From contig MU061544.1 in NCBI GenBank assembly GCA_013265495.1, forward strand, positions 334,214-398,213: DNA of 64,000 nt, written 5' to 3'. Source of the DNA: Vicugna vicugna. Taxonomy: Eukaryota. Shown piece by piece: positions 49,968 to 63,152 of the stretch. Below the pieces are notes generated by a model. It made no database searches. It worked only from the letters and a program-made list of their open reading frames with translations, and was not told the origin of the DNA. The first letter of the stretch is position 1, and the number at the start of each line of letters is the position of its first letter. Both the position numbers and the translations under genes were made by a program.

Positions 49968-51120
49968 CGTGACACCATACACACAAAAAAATAATTCACA
50001 CCAGATCACAGACTTAAATGTAAGAGGTAAATAAATAAAACCTCGAGAAGGAAACATAGGAGAAGATCTTCGGGACCTTGTACTAAGCAAAGATTTCTTA
50101 ACTCTAACACTAAAATATGGTTCCTGAAAGAAAAAAATTGATAAATTGGACCTCATCAAAATTCAAAACATCTGCACTTCAAAAGACACCGTTAAGAAAT
50201 GAAAAGATAAACAACAAACTAGGAGAAAATATCTGCAAACACATATCCAATTTGAGACGTCTGTCCAGAATTTAAATTAAAAAACCCTTAACACCTCAAT
50301 AAGAAGACAACTCAGTCAAAAAAAAAATGAGCAAAAGATACGAACAAATATTTTATCAAAGAAGATACACGAATGGCTAAGAAGCACAGGAAGGGATGCC
50401 CAATGTCATTAGTCATTAGGGAAATGCAAATTAAAACTACCATAAGTTACCATTTCACATGCATTGGAATGGTGAGTATGGATAAAAAAGGATGGAGAGA
50501 AACAGTAACCCTCATACACTACTGGTGGAAATGGAAAATGGTGCCTCCACTTTGGAGAACAGTTTTGCAGCCAAAAGTTAAACATGCAACTACCATATAG
50601 CCCAGCAATTCTACTCCTGGATACCTAGCCAAAAGAAATAAAAACGTATGTATACACAAAGACCTGCATGTCAAAATTCATAACAGAATTATTCATAATA
50701 GCCCCAAACTGGAAACCACCTAAGTATTCAACAGCTTGCAAATGGATAGACAGAATGTATATCCACACAATGAAATACTCTACAGCAAGAGAAAGGGACA
50801 AATTACTGAAACATGATATGTCAGGGATGACCCTCAAAAACAGTGCTAAGTGAAAGAAGCTAGACACAAGAGACTACATATTACTTTATTCTATTTATGT
50901 GAAATGACCACAGACAGAAAATAGACGAGTGGTGGCCAGAGCTAGGATTGGAATGGGGAATGGGCATGATGAATCTTACTAAGGGGATGAAAATGCTTTA
51001 AAACTGATGTATCGTGGTAGTTGAACTACTCAATAAGTTACTAGAATCACTGAACTGTACCCTTGAAATTTTATGAATTTTATGATAGGTAAAATATATT
51101 TCAATAAAGCTGTTTAAAAA
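49968..51120 (+). mobile_element. L1MB/MC-type 3' portion (decayed ORF2 + 3' UTR)
   Basis: ORFs 50373-50600 (MSLVIREMQIKTT..YHFT) and 50668-50853 (LFIIAPNWKPPKY..WID.M.YIHTM.Y) are L1 ORF2p remnants. Ends TCAATAAAGCTGTTTAAAAAA. Flanks AAAGATGGAGCAG / AAAGATGGCAGCAG. Confidence 0.9.
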
Positions 51121-51820
51121 AAGATGGCAGCAGGTAGTCTAATCAGGAGGCCCTAATTGTAGTCAAAGGAAGAGATGATACTAGCTTTGTTCAGTGAGGA
51201 GAATAATATGGTCAAAACTCGGCTATATTTCAAAGTTAGTGTCAACAGGATTTACTCCTGGATTTGATGTAATATAGGAGGGATAAAAAAGTCAAGAAAA
51301 AAATCATTTTAAGTTTCTTTTCCCTCTAAAACAAATGGTCAAATGGAGCTGTCATTTATTCAGATGGCAAATAACATGGATTAGGTTCAGTTAACGGTAA
51401 ATCAAAAGTCTGGTTTTAGACATGTTAAGATGGAAATGCCTATTATATAGCCAGGTGATGTCAACTATAATGCTGGATTTTAGGGGAGAACCAAGGGCTG
51501 TAGTAAAAACAGTATGTAGTCACTGGTATAGAAATTTTATTTCAAGCTAAAAATAAAGTCAACAAGAAGTCAGGGAATTAAGCCCCAGGACACTTCAAAT
51601 TTAAAAATAGAGCTAATAAAGAGGAACTTTCAGAGACTAAGATGGAGCAGCTTACTAGACAGGAAAAAGTTGAAGAACCTGGAATCCTTGAGGTGAATTT
51701 AAGAGTGTTTCATGAAACTAGGAGTATCATATGTTATTTATTTGAAGAAGATGAAAATTGAGAATTAATCACTGGGATGGCAATGTGGAGGTCACCAGCA
51801 ACTTTCAAGAAGTGGTTTTG

Positions 51821-52482
51821 CTAAAAACAGACTTACCATGTGATCAAGCAATCTCATTCCTGGGCATATATCCAGAGGGAACTCCAATTCAAAAAGATAC
51901 ATGCACCCCAATGTTCACAGCAGCACTATTTACAATAGCCAAGACATAGAAACAATCTAAATGTCCATCGACAGAAGGCTGGATAAAGAAGTTGTGATAT
52001 ATTTATACAATGGAATACTACTCAGCCATAAAAAGAAAATAGAGCTATTTGCAGCAACACGGATGGACCTGGAGATCATCATTCTAAGTGAAGTCAGCCA
52101 GAAAGAGAAAAAAAAAATACCATATACTCCACTCATATGTGGAATCTAAAAAAATTAAAAAGACACTAATGAACTCATGTATAAAACAGAAACAGACTTG
52201 CAGACATAGTAAACAATCTTATGGTTACTAGGGGGAAAGGGGGTGGGAAAGGATAAATTTGGGAGTTTGAGATTTGCAAATATTAACTACTATATAGAAA
52301 AGTAGATAAAAAACAAATTTCTTCCATATAGCACAGGGAACTATATTCAATATCTTGCAATAACCTTTGATGGAAAAGAATATGAAAACAAATATATGTG
52401 TATATGTATGAATGACTGGGACATTATTCTGTACACCAGAAATTGACACACTATAACTGACTATACTTCAATTAAAAAAAAA
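51821..52482 (+). mobile_element. Young 5'-truncated L1 (camelid-type 3' UTR)
   Basis: Encodes [42 protein letters not shown] and FAATRMDLEIIILSEVSQKEK. Ends ACTGACTATACTTCAATTAAAAAAAAAAA. TSD AAGTGGTTTTG (51810-51820 / 52483-52493). Confidence 0.95.
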
Positions 52483-52523
52483 AAGTGGTTTTGGCAGAGT
52501 GTTGAAGATAAAAGTCTGAGTAA

Positions 52524-52958
52524 CATGATGATTAATTTTATGTGTCAATTTGACTGGGCCATGGGGTGCCAAGATAGCTGGTTAAACATTATATGAGGCA
52601 TGTTCATGAGAGTTCCTGGATGAGATTAACACTTGAATTGGTAGACTGAGTAAAGCAGATTGCCCTCCCCAACATGGACAGACCTCATCCAATATATCGG
52701 AGGCCTGAATAGAACAAAAGACAGAGTAAAGGAGAATTTGCTGTCCCTGGTTGACTGTTTTTGAGCTGAGATATTGCTCTTCTCCTGCATTCATACTGGA
52801 ACTTTTACCATTGGTTCTCTTGGGTTTCCAGTTTGCCAACTGCAGATCTTGGGACTTTTCAGCCTCCATGATTGCATAAGCCAATTCCTTACAGTAAATT
52901 ATCTATATCTATATATCTCCTATTGGTTTTGTTTCTCTGGGTAACTTAGACTAATGCA
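52524..52958 (+). mobile_element. MLT2B-type ERVL LTR
   Basis: ATGATTAATTTTATGTGTCAATTTGACTGGGCCATGGGGTGCC...GAGTAAAGCAGATTGCCCTCCC...CCTATTGGTTTTGTTTCTCTGG..AAC...GACTAAT. Confidence 0.92.
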
Positions 52959-53077
52959 GTGGGTTGAAACAAGAATGAGAAGAAAATAGTGAATTATAAA
53001 GTGAAAACAAATCTTTCAAGGAATTTTTCTCTAGAAGTGAAAAGAACAATCATGGTAGCTGGAAATAAACAGGCTCC

Positions 53078-53253
53078 TGAGCAACAAGGATTTCCTGTAT
53101 AGCACAGGGAACTACATTCAATATCCTGGAATAACCTATAACGGAAAATCATTAAAAAAATATATATATATATATAAATAACTGAATCAATTTTCTTTAC
53201 ACTTGAAACTAACACAGTATTATAAATCAATTCTATTTCAATTTTTTAAAAAA
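53078..53253 (+). mobile_element. Short L1 3' end (artiodactyl type)
   Basis: CAACAAGGATTTCCTGTATAGCACAGGGAACTACATTCAATATC...AACTGAATCA...ACACTTGAAACTAACACAGTATTATAAATCAA; same 3' UTR type as 38622-39303. Confidence 0.85.
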
Positions 53254-54427
53254 GCCTTAGGATCCAGTATCACAGACTCTTAAAAGAAAGACTAGGATGA
53301 GCTGGAGAATGTGGTTATCTAGGAGAAAGGGAGACAAAGTAGCAAAGTCCTTGAAAAGGCATGAAGACATGGGATCCAGTGCATACATTTAAGGTTAGCC
53401 TCAGAAAGGATTTCAGACAGGTTATCAATTGAAAAGGTTGGGTAGGAAGTTTATATGGCTACACAAGCACATTTGTTAAATTTGGAGTATGAGAGAGTTC
53501 TATTTGGATTGCATCTGTTTTCTCAGTGAAATAAGAAAAAAGATAACCAACAGACAGTGAAAAGGCTCTGTAGTGGGGAAGAAGTGCTGAGGTTTGAGAA
53601 ATGAAGACAGTATGAGATAATCACCAGGGAGAGGGGAAATCTTACTGAACTAGAAAAAACCCCACCTGAATCACACCAAAGTACTGAAGGCACACTGAAG
53701 ATTTGCAGTATCATGAATATAAAATGGTATGACATTCAAGCGATAAACTGTTAAGAATTGGATAGTTAGAGAATTAGATTTAGACAAGATTCAAGTTTTT
53801 CAGATGACTATGGTAGCCAGGCAAGAAGGGAAGTGAGTGAAAGAGTGAAAACAGGACAGTGCAGATGGGAGTAAAGTATTGTTGCAGTGAAGGTACTAGA
53901 GGGAAAGAACTAGAAGAAGGCTTAGAGAGTGGAATTTTAAAAACTGAGATTATGGAGGAGATGTACATATTGGATATGATAATATCTGGAATGACCAGAA
54001 TATTGGTGGCTTATGTGGAGTGGAGACCAAGATAATCATAAGTGAGGAGATAAACTGGAGGCCCATATATTGGAAGGATTCTCTATTTTTAAATCACCAC
54101 ACATTATATGGGCAATAGAATGCAAGGGAGCAAGAATTAACCAGGTCTAAATATCTTCAAGGGATGAGGGGAGTGACACAGATCTAGAGAGGTTTGCAAC
54201 AAGGAGTAATGGAGAATGGTAAAACCAAAGAGCAAAAGCTTCAGTGTAGATGTTTTCTTAGGGAGGAGAGAGCAATGTAGAAATAATGAGAAACAAAGAG
54301 AGCACTCTTCCAACCTGCAGAACTGTATGAGGAATAGGAAACAGAGAAAATTATCTTTTGAGAAGCCGCTACGTAAGAGGTAGCAGCTTAGGGAGACAGC
54401 CACATTTCATAAGGAGACACAAGGAAC

Positions 54428-54560
54428 AGTATTTCTCAAACTTAAATGTACATACACGTTACCCAGAAATCTTGTTTAAATGCAGATTCTGAGTTTTGGC
54501 CCAGGATTCTGCTTCACTAACAAGTTCCCAGGTGATGTCAACAATTTGAGTGGCAAGGAT
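54428..54560. mobile_element. MER5-like MITE (internally deleted)
   Basis: CAGTATTTCTCAAACTT...CTTGTTTAAATGCAGATTCTGA...CTAACAAGTTCCCAGGTGATG. Confidence 0.7.
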
Positions 54561-56784
54561 ACAGGGAATTCCAGAATAAAGAATGAAATAGCTTGGTGAA
54601 TCAAGGATTGGTGGAGATTTGAGTCACATGTGAGGATGACAATGAGAGTCGAGGTGATGAGTGATGAACTGGGGTCTCAGGCCTCTTGGTTGACCAAGAC
54701 AAAGGGACTTTGTATGATCAACCTGAGACTAATCATCCATTCAGAAGTTGTAGTCATCAGGCTATTCAAGTAGGGGAATCATCGGAAGAAGAGTTTCTTG
54801 CCAGGGACCCCAGAGCTCTATTATTCGTTCCTAGTTCAGATTCCTATTGACATTTTCAGTGTCAGAGTAACAGATGGTTCTGGAAGTGCCTGGGACTCTG
54901 AGTATTCCCTGTCTGCTTTTGATGGTGTGCGGACTCATTCCTATATCATCTTCCAGTATGACTTTAGAGGAAAATACTCCAAATTGACATGGAAAGAAGA
55001 ACAGGAAGGTTTGATCTACTCTAAATTGATTTCCTAGTCCTCTCCTTTTTTTTTTTTAACACTCTTCCATTCCTAAAACTTTGAATATAGCACTACCCAC
55101 ACATTATTTCTATTCTTGTGAACTATATTAAATTCTTCATGCATTAACATTTACCTCCCTTTAAAATTACCTAGAATTGGACATTATTAAAATAGCCTGA
55201 AAATAAGGAATTTTGCTACTTTATCTAGCCATAAAAAAGATAGGTCTTCATTGCAAATTTCACATATAGTTAGAATATATAAACTGGCGATAGAGTCATA
55301 TACATTTTTGGAGACTGTAAAAATTCCATTTCAAAGTATAATGCAAAGAGAAAGTATTTAATTATGTAAATATATTTTAGAGACATGCAATAACAAATTT
55401 ATGAAACATCAGGATTCCACTATACCTAGTCTTTTCCATCAGTATATATAGTCAGTCATTCTGAAATTCTGGAATGATCTCAAGTTAGTGTAATTGAAAA
55501 ACAAGGTATTCAATGCCAAATGTGAATCTGGGTGCATAGTCCAAACCCCTCACCATACAGACTTTAACCACGTAAAACTATATGTTTAAAATAGTAATAA
55601 AATATCCATGTACTTATTCATAGGGTTAGGGAATTTTAGCTTTGTTTATAAGCACATCTGCCAGAAACTTCCATTGAACCAAAAATAGAAAAGAAAATAC
55701 AGGGTTAGGATTACTACCTTTGGTTGGTTTACTTTTTTGCAACTAATCATCACAGAATCAAGAGGATAAAGATCTCTGAGTTCCAAAGCAAATTATGATT
55801 AGAATGACAGAAATACTTTTATGACCAAATATTTGGAGAACCACTGAAAAGAATGACAAGGATAATGGAATTTTAAAATTAATGCTGAAACAAAGTCCTC
55901 TGAACATAGAATTTCCTGCATGCTCACAGAATAAGTTGGGCAGAGTATTCCTTCTCACACACTTCACTATTGGGCTGCTCTAGACACTGGCGTCTTCCAA
56001 TGGCATGAGAAGTTCAGGAAGGCTAATACACATCATGGATGGTTTTGTAAATAACTCTCTAAGTGGTCTTCATGACTCACAGCTATCTTTGCATGTCGTG
56101 ATGGCCTTAGCATCAGTAAGGTAGGAGCCTGCTATTGCTAAGAACAACTGTTGAGAGGGCTCTGTGTAGAGAACGGGTGGGAGCCGGCTTCCCAGGCAGC
56201 TGCCACGTGGTTAGGGAACATAAGCTGAGTGGGCAGAAGAACCCTCTGAGGGAATTACTGAAGCACAACATGCGGATCAGGCGGCATAGCTGTGGGCTCC
56301 TGGGAGCACGTGTGGCAGAGCCAATAGCTCTTTTCTCTCCTAGATGTCAGGTGGACAGTGAGCAGAAGCAGCAGGGTGACAGACTGCCATTCCAGTTACA
56401 GCAGAAGACTACATATCATTAAGAATGTGGAAATATAAAAATTACTGTACCGGAACTCACAGCTCTGTAGTCAGGAGACTCCCTTCCTGGAGGCCCAGAT
56501 GAAGGCATCTGCTAATCTTTTTATTCCAATGACAGATACATTCTATTTGAAAATAAGAGTCAGGGATTTAACCCAGAAAAATGATTTATCACACAATCAC
56601 TGGTAAATTCTACCAGCTCGAGAAATAAGAAAACCCCTTTCAATGAGTCATTTCCCCCCACCCTCCTGAAAATATTCCATGTGCTGCAAGAGATGTCTTT
56701 ACCAAAAGGAAAGGTAAAATTTATGTTAGAGAGAAAAGGTCTTGCCTGTTCTTGCCAGCACTGTTTACCATCCCTTTGGATGGT

Positions 56785-57150
56785 TTCTCACTGAGACTCA
56801 ATTTTCTTCTCTTCAAAATGGGGGTGATAATAGTTAATTTTCATTTTTATTATTTTGAGGATTAACAATATTTTAAATATGCCTGGCATTTGGTAGGCAT
56901 TAAATACATGCAAGTTGTAATAATTAGTACTCATTAGAAAAAAAAATTCTTTATATTTGGAAGGCATTTTCTCTGATATAAAATGCTTTTTATACATACT
57001 CTTGTGAACTAAGCAGAGCAAACATTCTTACTAACATTTTATAGATAAAGGATCTAGAATTCAGTGACAGTGACTTGCTTATTAAGTGGTAGAGAACGCA
57101 CTGAAAAGCAAGTCTCTTGACTTGAATTTCGGTTTTGTTTACCTTGCAAT
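56785..57150. mobile_element. Two MIR fragments in opposite orientation
   Basis: Sense 56785-56930 (CTCAATTTTCTTCTCTTCAAAATGGGG...TGCCTGGCATTTGGTAGGCATTAAATA). Antisense ~57030-57150 (CATTTTATAGATAAAGG...GTGACTTGC..TAAGTGGTAGAG). Confidence 0.6.
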
Positions 57151-57429
57151 CATTTATAAAACATGCACCTCATATATTTAGAGTTTTAGTCAAATGATTT
57201 GTTGATTTTTAAATGTTTTGATAAATGTTAAAAAAATACAGAAGAGTATGGAGTAGTATAAAAAATAAGAAATACTCAAGGACCCGCCACACAGATTTTG
57301 TTTGAAGAGTTTCTCTCTTTCTCTTTCTTGCTTTCTCACTCCCTCTTCCTTCCTTCTCTCAATCTTGGCGAGTCCATTATAAAAGACATCAAACATTACC
57401 CACAGGAGGAAGGAGTGGCATCTTAGTCT

Positions 57430-58830
57430 CCTATTCAATTCCCAATTTCATTTCCTTCCACACATAGAGGCAACAGTTATCATATATTTAGGGGGGGGTT
57501 TCATTCCATTCTGTGTCTTATATATTTGCATATTTTTAGAATTGGAATGCTCAAAATAATGAATGGAATTATGTTGTACATTCTACAACTTGTTTTCATC
57601 TCACAACATTCTATTTTTGAGATCTATTCATGATGATACAGACTGAGTTCAATAATTTTAACTCCTGAGTAGTATATTGTGCAATGAAAAGAACTTATAT
57701 GTCCCTGTTTTATCTACTCCTTAACCTTCTTTTCCACTGATACAAATGCCGCAGTTGATTATCTGGAATTTGTTAAAGTTTTCTTTTCTGAATCTGTGTG
57801 TATTTAATTGTGTAGTATGTATCATGAGACTAGAATATTTATCCTCTCTTTATTGGTTGTAGAGTTGTCTTCCAATGGCTACATAGATAGGGAAGTTGAT
57901 AGTATTATGCAAATAATCTACATTCATACTTAATTATGCTCAGTGTATCATATTCTAAGACAATTTCCTTAAAACCTTCCAAAAGGCTGACACATTTTAT
58001 ATTTTATTTTTAATGCTGTTTTTTTTTCAAAGATAAGCTCTTAGGTTTGTACAAATTTATGATTCTGATGTATTTCTCATAAATTTTGACTTTTATTTTT
58101 AGTTCCCTTGGATTCTTGGCATGTGAAATTCTATTTTATCTAATATTACATATTGCTTCACCATCTTCTATTTGTTTAGTCTGTCAGATATATGTATTGC
58201 CTTTCATCTCTGATCACTCAAATTTTATATATCATTTTGCTCTAGATGCATCTCTCATAAGTCATGTACATCTAATTTGCAAGAACCTAGTCTCTAACTC
58301 TCTTCTAATGAATAAGTTTAATCTATTTACATTTAGTTTTTATTAATATATGCATGCATTTCTAGAATATTTTAAATTTTCATGTTTTGTTTTACATATT
58401 TTCTTTTGCATTCTATTATTCTGTTTTAATGGATTAATATTCGTATTCAATTTTACATTTAACGCACAAATTTAGAGTTGGCAGATATTTTATTCCTTAT
58501 CCTTTACAAGACAAAGACCTTATTTGAGTATTTTCTACCTATCATCCATCTATTATTTTCTAGTATTTTCATTAAACTTTGCTTTTAAACCATCCCAAAA
58601 TTTCATTATAACCTTTTTAAAGCTCGTACAACATGTTTAGGATTTACCATCTCCCCTTTCATCCAATTCCTTTCTCCTAGGTTCATTTTTCTTCTTGTTA
58701 AGGTCTGTCCCTCAGTGGTTGTTTGGAGGAAAATCTGTGGAAACTTAACTATCTTTATCTTTAATTGATTATAAATGCCTTTACTTGTCTTAACTATGTT
58801 TTTGCTCAAGTTTCCTAAGGTTTCAAATAA
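57430..58830 (-). mobile_element. Very old L1M fragments
   Basis: Antisense L1ME-like 3' motifs (TCTACAACTTGTTTTC...ACAACATT.TATTTTTGAGATCTATTCATGATGATACA) and T-rich decayed ORF region further right. Confidence 0.5.
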
Positions 58831-60595
58831 ATGTTGGTTTTGGAAATAGCTATTGCTTGTTTGCAAAACAAATGAATCATTATTGAATTATTTGGGACAT
58901 AAAATACAATTTTTTTTTATAAAAAGCTTTTTACAATAGAAAGTAAGTCATAAGTACTTCCAAGAGACTTTGAAAATACTCTCAGCAATATAATAATCTC
59001 AAATGTTATTTATTTTTATTTTAAAATGCTTAGTGAAATTATTTTAAAGCTTTTTACAAAAGCTAATAAAACTGCTTTTTACTTTATTCCATGGAGCCAA
59101 TTTTCAAAATATATCATAAAACATAACAATGAATCTGCACAAGCAAATAACCTGTAACGTTCTGACAAATTTGAAGGTTTCATCCAATGTGTGTCACAAG
59201 ACTTATTCACGGTACTTAGATTACTTTTCTCAGGATTACTGATCTACATTTTCATTAAGAGTTAGTATTTTCTTTTCATGTGAAAACTACTAAATACCTA
59301 GATATATTATTTGTATTCATAGTCATAGAATTGTATTAGTATCTCTACATGTAGCTGTTATATACGATATGCCCCACTGCTCTTAGAAAGACCATGAATA
59401 ATGTTTACTTTTAAAGATATGCATGATTCAGTTACTTTAAAATATATAGTCATGTCTTGAGTTGATGCCAGACTGATACGGATTATGTGGCTAAATACCC
59501 AGAAAAAGTTTAAGTCTAGCTTCTTTATGCTGCAGGCAGATGCACTGCAGCACAAATTCTGCAATATTTCAAAAATGGATGACATGCTATTCTGTTTCTG
59601 TGAACCAGGCACCATTGAGAGTCTCACTGACTAGTTTTGCTTCTCTTTTGTAATACTAGATTTGAGTGTTATATGGAATGTTTCTGTCTTAATTTCAGAG
59701 GACAGTGGGCCACTCTTATTGTAACTGTCAGTTTTGGATATGTGCACGGCAAGTTCCACATTACAAGAGAGAAGTTAACAAATGACTATAAAAGAGGTCA
59801 CAAGGCATGGCAGCTTAAATAGAGCATAAGGAGTTGGGGTTACATCAGGGCTACATTATGGGTTCTTTTTTTCCCTATGTTTCTACTCCTGTTATCGGGT
59901 ATCAGGGGATGTCACGAAGAAAAATCACCAGAAGTCCTTGGGGCTGCGATCTTTAGAAAGATGAGATTGATATCAGAGTCCATAGGACTAGACCACTTTA
60001 GGAACACTCCTCCTCTTCAATTCACTATGTATTTCTTATTTTGATACCAAACATTTAACCAATTGTCCTTCTTTCCAAATTAAGTGCACTTAGACTTGAT
60101 GATAGAGTTCTGTTCTCACCACAGGCAACAATTAGAATGCCTCTTGAAACCTGACTGCTTGTGCCTTGTACGAGATAATGAACTCTGTCAGGACAGTATG
60201 AAGTTATCTCACATCCAAGAACCCAGCCAAACAATTAAACAGGAGTGTGTGTATATTTTTATTTAGTTATTTAAAGTGTGCTGAGTTAATGAATAGCTTA
60301 TTTTTTTTAAGTGACTTCCTTTAGGAAAAACTATACTGCATATTTTCAGAGAAGAGTTTACTTAAGTAAAGGAAGCATGGATAGAGGGTTTCTCGCCTGT
60401 CTTCCAATATGACATGGTGATTAAAAATAAAAGATGTGACAGCTTCAAATATATACAAAATTCCCTTACATCTCTTGTAGCTTCCCTTCAGGGTGTTCAA
60501 TTTGCAGAGACACTCAATTCCATTTTGTAAACAAAAACATATATACATATATGTATATGTGTATTATACATAGGATGCATTTCACCCCACTAATT

Positions 60596-60801
60596 AAGGG
60601 GTCAGCAAACTATAACCCACTGCCTGTCAACTGTTTCTGTAAACGAGCTTTTATTGTAACACGGCCACATCCGTTCTTTTACATATTGTCTGTGGCTGCT
60701 TTTCCATTACAACAGTAGAGTTAAACAGCTGCGATTGACCATGTGGCCAGCAAAGCCTAAAATTTTAACTGGCCCTTTAGGAAAGAGCTTGCCAACCCCT
60801 G
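60596..60801 (-). mobile_element. MER58A (hAT-Charlie MITE)
   Basis: AAGGGGTCAGCAAACTAT...TTTATTG.AACACGGCCAC...ATTGTCTGTGGCTGCTTT...TTGCCAACCCCTG. Perfect 8-bp TSD CACTAATT (60588-60595 / 60802-60809). Confidence 0.92.
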
Positions 60802-61827
60802 CACTAATTGGTTCATTTTAAATAAATGCAGGGAACATATATGCATAATCAATAAGCTGTCAAGTTCCTTGCTTCTATAACTTATGCCAATTACTAAATC
60901 TTTTTAGAGAATATAATAAACTGAGGTCAAAACCTTTTTTTTTTTTTACAAGCATTCTCTATGTACTGATCACGTGGTTTAGTTCAGGAGACTCTGAGGG
61001 AGCTAACATAATTGCCAACGGGAAGTGTGTCTTGACCTTTTCATTAGATAAAGATCCAGTTAGATTCTATTGTGCCGGACAGATTTTGAATATGCAAAGG
61101 TACATATCAGCAGCTCACTGAGTGTAATGAAGGCTTAGTTATTGATTAAATAGGGCGCACGTGACATTCAAGAACCACTGATGAGCTCAGAAATGGTTCT
61201 TTCAAATGCCCAGATTAAATTAGGGGGAAAGAGTCCAGATGACACTGACTTCTTTTTTTTTAAGTAACTGTTTGCATTATAACATCCATATTTTAAAGTC
61301 CAAATAAAAATAGAATATATAAATGATTTAACTATGTAATGACCTCTTGAAAAGTTTTATAATCTATGATATTCTCTCATTATTTGGTGATAACTCAAAT
61401 GCCTCTGTTTTGTATACATTTGAAAACCTTTTACCTAAATGAGACATCATTATAATAAAAGATGATGGCGATTCCTAAAGAAGGATCAAGCAACTGATCA
61501 AATACTTCACATAATAAAGGGATATGAGAGGTATAGTCAACTCCACAGTTTAACCTAATTGATGTTGACAAAATTAGCCAGCATGGTTTTAGGTTTCTCT
61601 AGTCACAAAGTTACACAACATAATACTACAGCTTATTCTAGTCAAGAGTCTTATCTATTGCATCTCAGTGAAATAAAAAGATATGGTTAGAATTATCCAG
61701 AGACACTGATTTGTCACCAGAGGGAAGGATGAGTGTATTATAAAAGACAGGACTATCCGATTGGAAGATATTGCAACATTCTATTTGACTGATGTCATTG
61801 GATGATGGCGATCTCTTTGGTTCAGAT

Positions 61828-62007
61828 CAGTGATTCTTAATTCTGGTTGCTCTTTAGAAGCACCTCAAGTTCTTTTAAGATAACACCAACTATTAAAGGT
61901 CTACTTCAAACCGATTATATCAGAATCACTAGTGGTGGCTCAAGAACTGCTAGCCCTTCAAAGTTCCCCAGCTTATTGCAGTAAATATCCAGCACTGGGA
62001 ACCACTC
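61828..62007. mobile_element. MER5-family MITE
   Basis: CAGTGATTCTTAATTCTGGTTGC..TTAGAAGCACCT...ATCAGAATCACTAG...AAAGTTCCCCAG...GGAACCACT. Confidence 0.75.
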
Positions 62008-62784
62008 AATAGACTAAAAAGATGAGGCAGATTTTCCCATCAGATAAGAGAAAAATTGAACAGAGATATAAGACTTTTTAGAACCTTTTGATGCTGAGGC
62101 TATTAATAATCTGTGAAGCAAGGTGATAACTCTTAGCTCCCAGTTGTTTGAATGAATTTAAACTGAGTACTCAGCTCAGCCAGCTTCTTTATATAGAAGA
62201 CAAGTAAATATAATGGCAAGGACATGATATACTTGTACTGGGGTTCCAAAAATATTAAAATCTGAGATTGCCCATTGATTTTTGTTAGTACAACATATTT
62301 GGGTTCTCTCCTTTGAAGAGTGATTAAGTTGGTACATAGAAACCTCCATTCTGAAAGCTGTATTGAAAATAAACCTAAATTTAGACAATGTCTCCTCTGC
62401 TTTTATGATTAAACAAGGGTAATTGTGGAACATGAAATTGGAAAATAAATCTAGTAAAGCCTTGGCTTTTCATGAGATTAATGGATTCACTGATGTATGC
62501 TCCTCAAAGGAGTTCTACATAAAATATATTCTAATAGCTTACTTAAATTTTCATAGTATACCTTAATATAAAAATACAGGAAATCTGTTGATTATTTAGC
62601 TATGGAAATGGAAAACTTTGGAAGATAGGAAATTGAGACTCTCCCAAAGTATGGCCTAGTAACCATTTTATTCTTAGATCTAAGAATGGATTGAGTAAAG
62701 CTGTGAAAATTTTACATATTTTCAATTCCCATGTATCTTTATATAAGGACAAGACAATCCTAGATGGGGATCAGTATTCATGTA

Positions 62785-63121
62785 ATTCAAATTCCAAAAA
62801 TCAATGATTGGTATTGTACAAAATAACTGCATTCCTGAGTAAAGGTATTCCTAAAAAATGTCAGGGTCATAAAAGACTTAAAAAAAAAATCTGAGAATCT
62901 ATTCCCAATTAAAGATACTACAGACATATGACAACTAAATGCAAAGCAGGATAATGGATTGGCAACTACAACCAAAAGAATTACAAATATTCTAAAAGAA
63001 TATTTTGGGACAATTATAAATTTTGATTATGGACATTATATTAGCTAATAATACTATTAAAATAATAAATTTCCTGACTTTGCTACTGACGATGAGGCTT
63101 TGAGAATATTAGGAGAGATGC

Positions 63122-63152
<31 letters not shown>

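Larger units (their letters stand above)
49310..54400 (-). mobile_element. Long fragmented L2 relic hosting SINE, L1 and MLT2 insertions
   Basis: L2 3' end near 49310 (TTCACAAATAATT..TACTATATGTCAGGCACTCTTCTAGG), with collinear-looking L2 segments resuming after each younger insertion (49745-49960, 51125-51810, 52960-53070, 53280-54400). Confidence 0.65.
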
